Assembly (NCBI GenBank): GCA_965115825.1
Contig: OZ220464.1
Span: forward strand, 1,668,437 to 1,732,436
Length of the DNA: 64,000 nucleotides
Source of the DNA: Dehalococcoidia bacterium
Lineage (GTDB): Bacteria > Chloroflexota > Dehalococcoidia > Lucifugimonadales > UBA3495
Direction: 5' to 3'
Shown here: positions 58,045 through 64,000 of the stretch, piece after piece
Layout: every line of letters begins with the position of its first letter
How positions within the stretch are numbered: the stretch's first letter is position 1
The notes under the pieces: generated by a model
What the model was told of the DNA's origin: nothing
Seen by the model: only the letters and a program-made list of their open reading frames with translations
The model's database searches: none
Program-made: the position numbers and the translations under genes

Positions 58045-58494
58045 TCAGTATCGGATGGACGTGCTGGTCTGGGTCGCTACGATGACGTCGCGCTGGTTGC
58101 GGTAGGTGATTTTGATGGTGGCGATGAGCATCTGCCCGATGCTGCCGGCGCGCTCGCGGATGTCTTCAATGCGGCCAACGGCGGTGATGACGTCGCCGGG
58201 GCGCACGGGTTCAAAGTACTCCCAATCACTGCCGCCATCGAGGAGGCGGGTATAGGGAGCTTCAAATGGCAAAACAGGCCGGATGCCCCGCATGGCCCGG
58301 AGAAAGGTAGGCGGCGCCACTATCCCGCCGCTTTCGGGAGTTCCTAGGGTGTAGGCCGGGTTATCGTCTCCGATGGCTTCGGCAAAACGCGCGATATGCC
58401 CCTGCTCGATGAGCATAACGGCCGGCTCGCTTTCCACTCCGATGCTCTGTTGGCGCAGCTCATCGGTTAGGGTAAAGGCTTCGCTGGGCAACAC
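58045..58494 (-). CDS. MaoC N-terminal-like hotdog protein (non-catalytic partner); start uncertain
   Basis: IARFAEAIGDDNPAY...PPTFL...GDVITAVGRIEDI is hotdog-fold. AGGAGG precedes GTG/TTG codons at 58494/58491. The ATG of the longer ORF (58539) adds only an Arg-rich tail. Confidence 0.6.
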   Translation of the reverse strand: MLPSEAFTLTDELRQQSIGVESEPAVMLIEQGHIARFAEAIGDDNPAYTLGTPESGGIVAPPTFLRAMRGIRPVLPFEAPYTRLLDGGSDWEYFEPVRPGDVITAVGRIEDIRERAGSIGQMLIATIKITYRNQRDVIVATQTSTSIRY

Positions 58495-58591
58495 AGACCT
58501 CCTGCCGTCTCTGCGCCGGGGCCGGCGCCGCAATATCAAACGATGATGATTATGTTACGACGCCGGGCCGGTGTCAAGGATTGGGTGATGG

Positions 58592-58635
58592 GGCTTTGTT
58601 TGTCAGAATCAGGATTTACAGGATTTTGGGATTTA
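58592..58635. repeat. solo copy of the GGATTT-rich intergenic element
   Basis: GTCAGAATCAGGATTTACAGGATTTTGGGATTTACAGGATAGG is related to the elements at 9330.. and 42622... Confidence 0.7.
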
Positions 58636-58790
58636 CAGGATAGGGGTTGCGCTGTGGGGGGATTGCAGCTGCGTATCAGGTAGGGGATAACGTTTCTTGC
58701 GGCGGGGTGACGATTAAACTCCGCGAAAATTGGGCGGAAGCGGGTGCTTGCGGCAGTACACCGGCATTGCGAAGTATGTTATAATCTAGA

Positions 58791-58876
58791 CAGACAGCGC
58801 GCGCCACAGACAGCGCGCGCCACAGACAGCGCGCGCCACAGACAGCGCGCGCCACAGACAGCGCGCGCCACAGACA
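58791..58876. repeat. 16-bp tandem repeat, about 5.4 copies
   Basis: CAGACAGCGCGCGCCA is repeated perfectly 5 times (58791..58870) with a partial sixth copy. It lies about 220 nt upstream of the large secreted-protein gene. Confidence 0.9.
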
Positions 58877-59096
58877 AGGAAGGAGGCGCGCGTTGAAGCA
58901 TCTGTCCAGCTGACGGAACCCAGCGCCGGCCGGCTCGGTTTGAGCCGATGCCGGTTTGTTGCGTTTCCGTCCGGTAAGCCCTCCGCCGTTCCACTCCGAT
59001 ACCAGCAAAGCGGGCGTCGGAGTGGGTGAACGATGGTGGTGAGGGCCATTGAACCGACAACCCTTGAACGACAATCCCGCAAGGAGATTCTGTCAA

Positions 59097-62000
59097 ATGA
59101 AACCCAAACTGCAAAAACTCAAGCGGTCAGCGCCCTTGGCCATAACGGCCCTCGCCGTCGTCGGCGCACTGGCCCTCTTCGGCCTCCTGGCCCTACCTGA
59201 CCCCGACCCTGCCAGCGCCCAAGGCGGCGCCTGCGCCGATGGCGGCTCCGGCTTCCAAACCACCCCCACTACCAAGCCGGCCGCGCCCACGCTGACGGCT
59301 AAAAACACGGCCCTGGCCGTCATGTTACCCGCCGCGGCCGACGGCGAAAGCGCCACCGCCACCAACGGCAGCCCGGAGTACACCGGGTTTGACATTCAAT
59401 ACCGGCAAGGAACCTCCGGGGCCTGGACGGCCTTTACCGGCACGATTACGGTCAACCAGCGGAACCTCTCCGGGGCGGCGCAGATTACCGGCCTCACCAA
59501 CGGTCAAGCCTACGAAGTGCAGGTGCGCGTAACCTGCGCGGCTACCTCCGGCCCTTGGAGCACTTCCGCAACGGGAACCCCGGCGGCAACCGTGCCCGGC
59601 CCAGTCCGGAATCTAAAGATGCATCAGGCATGGTATCTAAGCGCCGCAGACAATCTGGCGCGCGGCACCGCTTACGGCAATTGGCCCGCAGCCGACATCC
59701 GGGCGGAGTGGGATCCGCCAGCAGATGACGGGGGCAGCCCCGTTACCTCCTATTATTTCAAGAACTACCGCGGCGGAACGGCCGCTACCATCGGCGCACT
59801 GACCATTTTTTACGACCTTGCCGAATGGAAGCTACAGAACCTACGATTCGACAGCGGGACTCAGAGCGGCCTCGCGGACCACAACCTTTGGTGGAAGACC
59901 GAAGTGGCGGCCAACAACTCGGCCGGCACCGGCCCGTTCTCGGAGGTGACCCTCCGGATCGACAAGGACAGGGCGCAGGACTCTGCCGCCAGCAATTTCC
60001 ACGGCACGATTGCGTCCGACAGCACCACGTCCGGCGCCGCACCCAAACTCACGGTCAATCTGACCAGTACAGACATGCCCTTATGGGTAGGCTCCCGCGT
60101 CGTGCTGTTCCTGGAAGACGACTTCCAGGTTCCCGACTCCATCCCGGCCAGCTCCATCTACTTCGTCGCCAACTCGCCGGCCACCGTGGCCACCGGCAAC
60201 GGCGCCCCGGTGTACGCCACCGAAGCCCCAGAGATTGACACCGACGCCTACTTTGACGACGACAAGGACGACGTCAGCGTTACCGTCCGAATCCCCGATA
60301 TGTGCACCGGAGATTCGGACGAATGCGAAGGCTCCAACGGGGTAGCCACGGGCCAGGCCCTGACCATGGTCATCCTGGGCAGTTCGGGCATCAAGAACCC
60401 CTCCGAAGCGGGAACCCACACCGTCGCCTATGACGTGCTGGACTTTGACGACGGCCTCCCCGGCCGCATCGAGCGGCGGATGGAAAAAGGCATGGAACTC
60501 AGCGCCAAAACCGCTACCGGCAACCGCACTATCCAGAAGCGTCAAGGGGTGTACGTCAGCACGGTGGCCAAAATCTCCCTCTCCGACACGGACGGCGAGC
60601 GTGGCGAGGAGCTGACCGTAACCGGCAGCGGCTTCAACAACGGAGTTTCCGCTTCCGCCTACGTAGCCCAGCGCAAAGCCGCCCGCTACGCCGTAGCCGA
60701 GTGGTGGGAAACCCTCAACTGCGACAAGATGAAAGCAGCCATGGGCCCCGGCGCCGGGCAGGAGTTCTGCTTCCACTACACCCTCAACTCCTCGGAGATG
60801 ACCTACACCGTAGCCAGCAAGGACAAGGCGTCCAGCGACAAAGTGTTCGCCCGCCACCTCTGTGAGCGGGGCATCATCCCCACCGGAACCGAAGCCGGCA
60901 GCGCTACTGTCGGCAGCGACGACAAGGTAGCCATCTCCTTTGAGGTCACCGTACCCACCTTCAAGCCCGGCAACAACAACCTCATCTGCGTGGAAGACGG
61001 CGAAGCCCGCACCTCCGGCGAGGATGTTGAGGACTTCGAACTCACCCCCAACATCAGCGTGTCGCCCGCCGAGGGCCAAGCCGGCGATGAGGTAACCATC
61101 TTCGCCGAGGACTTCCCCACTGCTGGGGCAGCTTTCATGGAGCTGAAAGTGGGCGGCGTGGTCATCAAGGACAACATCCGCTCCACCAGCATCAGCTCCG
61201 ACGGTTCCGCCACGGCGACGTTCAAACTGCCGCCGCAGAAGGGCACCAAGCGCGTCGACGCCAAGTGGGGAACCAAGTCGGAAGACACCAAGGTGACCAT
61301 CCTGCCGGCCGTGCTCAACGTCAGCAAGGGTGAAGTGAATCCCAACGAGCGGATTACGCTCACGGGAACCGGCTTTGCCACCGGCGCCGGCAGCGGCATC
61401 ATGGCCGAGAAAATCACCATCGGCGACGTGCCCCTGTACGTGTACGACGATTCCACGGACAGCGACGACGAAGTCGAAGTGTCCAGCGGAGGCCAGTTCG
61501 TCGCCGCCATCGCGGTGTGGCCGGCCGATGACGCCACGTCCAACCCGACCCTGACGCCCGGCAAGCACAGCATCAAGGTTGTGGACAAGAAGGGTTACGA
61601 AGGTGAGGTGGAAATCACCATCCTCGATCCTGCCGTCAGCTCCACGCCGGCCATCGCCGGCCCGAGGGATGTGGTAACCATCTCCGGCGAGAACTGGCCC
61701 GTGGACAACCCGGAAAACTCCATTGACGCCATCACCGTCACGGTGACCGACGGCGACCGGATGCGGCAGTACAGCGTGTACGCCGACGGCTCCGGCCGCT
61801 GGTTCATCGAGCATCAGGTGGACGGCAACGTCCCCATACCCTCCACCAGCGCCATTGAAGCCAAGTACAGCGACCTGGTTAGACTGGGCGAGTACGAAGT
61901 GCCGGCCTCCATCATCATGGTCGACCCCGGCGAGGGTCAGCCCGGCGATGACATCACGCTGTCGGTGGAGAAGATGCCGGTGCACTCCCGCGTCAGCCGG

Positions 62001-62447
62001 ATTGAAATCGGCGGTCGCGACGTAATGCCGGCGGGAACGCCAGGCACCGACGGCTCCGGCGCGGTAACGGTGGAAGACATCGTCATCCCCGGCCTTGACC
62101 CCGGCACGTACAGCGTACTGCTGGAGGTCAACAACACCGTAGCCATCGGTAACTTGGACATCCTCCCGGAGGGCCCCATCGGAACCGGAACGCCGGTGTC
62201 CGAAGCCCTGGCTCCGCTGGGCGACAGCGTAGGCGCCGTCTTCTACTTTGACGGGGTGAGCAAGGAGTGGCTGTTCTACGACCCTCGTCCGGAGTTCGCG
62301 GGCCTGAACACCCTGGAGGAACTGGTAGCCGGCGAACCCTACTGGATCCTGGTAACCGAGGACGTTGAGGACGTAGCCCTCGGCGGCAAGAGCCGCAGCC
62401 TGACGTGCAGCGCCGGCGGCAACTGCTGGAACCTGATGGTCTGGTAG
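59097..62447 (+). CDS. large secreted/cell-surface protein with an FN3-like domain and multiple Ig-like (IPT/TIG-like) repeats
   Basis: An AAGGAGA RBS precedes the ATG at 59097. The signal peptide is MKPKLQKLKRSAPLAITALAVVGALALFGLLALP...ASAQ. An FN3-like segment (YTGFDIQYRQGTSGAWTAF...LTNGQAYEVQVRV) is present. Recurring about 90-aa units begin with I/L-S-V-S-P-x-E/G-G-x-x-G-D-x-V/I-T-(I/L). Confidence 0.8.
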   Translation: MKPKLQKLKRSAPLAITALAVVGALALFGLLALPDPDPASAQGGACADGGSGFQTTPTTKPAAPTLTAKNTALAVMLPAAADGESATATNGSPEYTGFDIQYRQGTSGAWTAFTGTITVNQRNLSGAAQITGLTNGQAYEVQVRVTCAATSGPWSTSATGTPAATVPGPVRNLKMHQAWYLSAADNLARGTAYGNWPAADIRAEWDPPADDGGSPVTSYYFKNYRGGTAATIGALTIFYDLAEWKLQNLRFDSGTQSGLADHNLWWKTEVAANNSAGTGPFSEVTLRIDKDRAQDSAASNFHGTIASDSTTSGAAPKLTVNLTSTDMPLWVGSRVVLFLEDDFQVPDSIPASSIYFVANSPATVATGNGAPVYATEAPEIDTDAYFDDDKDDVSVTVRIPDMCTGDSDECEGSNGVATGQALTMVILGSSGIKNPSEAGTHTVAYDVLDFDDGLPGRIERRMEKGMELSAKTATGNRTIQKRQGVYVSTVAKISLSDTDGERGEELTVTGSGFNNGVSASAYVAQRKAARYAVAEWWETLNCDKMKAAMGPGAGQEFCFHYTLNSSEMTYTVASKDKASSDKVFARHLCERGIIPTGTEAGSATVGSDDKVAISFEVTVPTFKPGNNNLICVEDGEARTSGEDVEDFELTPNISVSPAEGQAGDEVTIFAEDFPTAGAAFMELKVGGVVIKDNIRSTSISSDGSATATFKLPPQKGTKRVDAKWGTKSEDTKVTILPAVLNVSKGEVNPNERITLTGTGFATGAGSGIMAEKITIGDVPLYVYDDSTDSDDEVEVSSGGQFVAAIAVWPADDATSNPTLTPGKHSIKVVDKKGYEGEVEITILDPAVSSTPAIAGPRDVVTISGENWPVDNPENSIDAITVTVTDGDRMRQYSVYADGSGRWFIEHQVDGNVPIPSTSAIEAKYSDLVRLGEYEVPASIIMVDPGEGQPGDDITLSVEKMPVHSRVSRIEIGGRDVMPAGTPGTDGSGAVTVEDIVIPGLDPGTYSVLLEVNNTVAIGNLDILPEGPIGTGTPVSEALAPLGDSVGAVFYFDGVSKEWLFYDPRPEFAGLNTLEELVAGEPYWILVTEDVEDVALGGKSRSLTCSAGGNCWNLMVW

Positions 62448-62475
62448 GCGGCAAACAGCTGCATCAAGCCATCCC

Positions 62476-62514
62476 GGCAGGGGCCGGTCTTTGGGCCGGC
62501 CCCTGCCGTTTTTT
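62476..62514 (+). terminator. rho-independent terminator
   Basis: GGCAGGGGCCGG-TCTTTG-GGCCGGCCCCTGCC is followed by GTTTTTT, about 30 nt after the stop at 62447. Confidence 0.75.
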
Positions 62515-62573
62515 ATGGGAGTGCTTGGTCGGATTTTGCGTTACTTATAGGGTATTATTGCAGTGGAGGTTTT

Positions 62574-64000
62574 ATGGCTGTTGCCGGTAATGAGAGATTG
62601 CATCCGCCGTTGGGTCGGACGTTGATGGTGCAAGGCACGGCGTCGCACGTGGGCAAGAGCGTGCTGGTGTCGGCGCTGTGCCGAATACTGCGGCAGGACG
62701 GGCTGCGCGTGGCGCCGTTCAAGGCGCAGAATATGTCCAACAATTCCTACGTTACGCCGGACGGGGCGGAGATTGGTCGGGCGCAGGCAGTGCAGGCCGA
62801 GGCCGCCGGCGTGGAAGCCCGAGCAGAGATGAACCCCGTCCTGCTGAAACCGGAAGCAGACAGCCACGCGCAGGTGGTGCTGATGGGCCGGCCGCTGACC
62901 TCGGCGCGGGCGCGGGATTACTTTGACTTGAAAGCGACGCTGTGGGAGTCGGTCGCGCAATCGCTGGACGCGCTGCGCAGGGAGCACGACGTGGTGGTGA
63001 TTGAGGGCGCCGGCAGTCCTGCCGAAATCAACCTGAAGGCTACGGAAATCGTGAATATGCGCGTGGCGTTGTATGCTGACGCGCCGGTGCTGCTGTGTGG
63101 TGATATAGACCGGGGCGGCGTGTTTGCGTCGCTGGTGGGCACGCTGCAACTGCTGGACGATGCGGAACGGGCGGCAGTGAAAGGTATGCTCATCAACAAG
63201 TTTCGCGGCGACGTTTCCCTGCTAACGGATGGGTTGACCTGGCTGGAAGACTACACCGGCAAGCCCGTTGTCGGCGTGGTTCACCATTTTCGGGACATCC
63301 ATATTCCGGAGGAAGATTCCGTCGCGCTGGAAATCACGCCGCCGTCAGCGCCGGCGGCCGCCGTGCTGGACGTTGCGGTGGCGCAGCTGCCGCACATATC
63401 CAACTTTGACGACTTTGACCCACTGGCCCGGGAGCCGGGCGTGGCATTGCGTTACGTGCAGCACGGCGATCGGCTGGGCAGCCCCGACCTGGTGATTCTA
63501 CCGGGCAGCAAAACGACGATTCCCGACCTGTTATGGATGGAACGTCAAGGGTTGTCGCGGGCGGTGCTTGACGCTGTTGAACGGGGGGCATCGGTAATCG
63601 GCATCTGCGGCGGCTACCAGATGCTGGGTCAAACCCTGCTGGACCCTGATGGGGTAGAGTCGTCAATCGGACGGGCCGACGGGCTGGGGCTGCTACCGTT
63701 GTCAACGACCTTTGTCGGCAACAAAGAGACCCACCGGGTTCAGGCTACGGTGCGGCTCGAAGCAGGAAAGCCCGGTGGGCTGCTGTCCGGCGCGGGCGGC
63801 GAGCCGGTGGTAGGGTACGAGATCCACATGGGCCGCACCACCGGCGAGGGCTGCATCGCGCCTTTCGCCGTCAATGACAGGGCGGACGCTCCGGTAACGG
63901 CGACAAACGCTCTGGACGGCGCGCTGAGTGCGTCGGGCCGGGCGCTGGGGACATACATTCACGGGTTGTTTCACAACGCCGGCGTACGCCGCGCGGTGCT
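62574..64000 (+). CDS. cobQ: cobyric acid synthase, partial; runs off the right edge
   Basis: Own translation from the ATG at 62574 (GGAGG RBS): MAVAGNERLHPPLGRTLMVQGTASHVGKSVLVSALCRILRQDGLRVAPFKAQNMSNNSYVTPDGAEIGRAQAVQAEAAG...EGAGSPAEINL...INKFRGD...VILPGSKTTIPDL, open to the window end. It is absent from the ORF track because there is no stop. Confidence 0.85.
   Translation, partial: MAVAGNERLHPPLGRTLMVQGTASHVGKSVLVSALCRILRQDGLRVAPFKAQNMSNNSYVTPDGAEIGRAQAVQAEAAGVEARAEMNPVLLKPEADSHAQVVLMGRPLTSARARDYFDLKATLWESVAQSLDALRREHDVVVIEGAGSPAEINLKATEIVNMRVALYADAPVLLCGDIDRGGVFASLVGTLQLLDDAERAAVKGMLINKFRGDVSLLTDGLTWLEDYTGKPVVGVVHHFRDIHIPEEDSVALEITPPSAPAAAVLDVAVAQLPHISNFDDFDPLAREPGVALRYVQHGDRLGSPDLVILPGSKTTIPDLLWMERQGLSRAVLDAVERGASVIGICGGYQMLGQTLLDPDGVESSIGRADGLGLLPLSTTFVGNKETHRVQATVRLEAGKPGGLLSGAGGEPVVGYEIHMGRTTGEGCIAPFAVNDRADAPVTATNALDGALSASGRALGTYIHGLFHNAGVRRAV

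Noticed and set aside
62515-62573. Possible cobalamin riboswitch upstream of cobQ.
   Set aside because: Only about 60 nt lie between the upstream terminator and the cobQ start. That is too short for a cobalamin aptamer, and no B12-box-like core is visible.

Overview
High-GC bacterial window, tentatively Chloroflexota-like based on its intergenic repeat types (low confidence). The dominant feature is a complete type I-E CRISPR-Cas locus on the minus strand: cas3, cse1, cse2, cas7e, cas5e, cas6e, cas1 and cas2 at 41908..32910. Only about 30 nt of intergenic leader separates cas2 from a very large CRISPR array at 32879..12250. The array spans about 20.6 kb with a 61-bp period, which implies roughly 338 repeats (estimated from span and period, not counted one by one).

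Main findings:
- One trailer-proximal spacer is a 34/34 contiguous (35/36 overall) copy of the locus's own cas5e gene. The identity runs 2 nt into the flanking repeat.
- Overlapping spacers let an AA-type PAM be inferred from the array alone, and the cas5e target has that flank.
- The array contains many duplicated, variant, overlapping and one flipped spacer.
- The ten oldest repeats carry a variant base.
- The trailer ends in half a repeat fused to a truncated integrase-like gene that has its own promoter.
- Two degenerate repeats 61 bp apart lie about 1 kb upstream of cas3.

The rest of the window is mostly housekeeping and accessory metabolism: aprBA-like genes, lepA, two MFS transporters, a sulfotransferase, an esterase, an HpaB-family oxygenase, pstS, pepP, purA, an LLM oxidoreductase, two tandem SDRs with a split MaoC pair, a 1116-aa secreted Ig/FN3 repeat protein and cobQ. 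It also holds a family of GGATTTTC-rich intergenic repeats and some short tandem repeats. All ORFs predicted inside the array are translation artefacts of the repeat.
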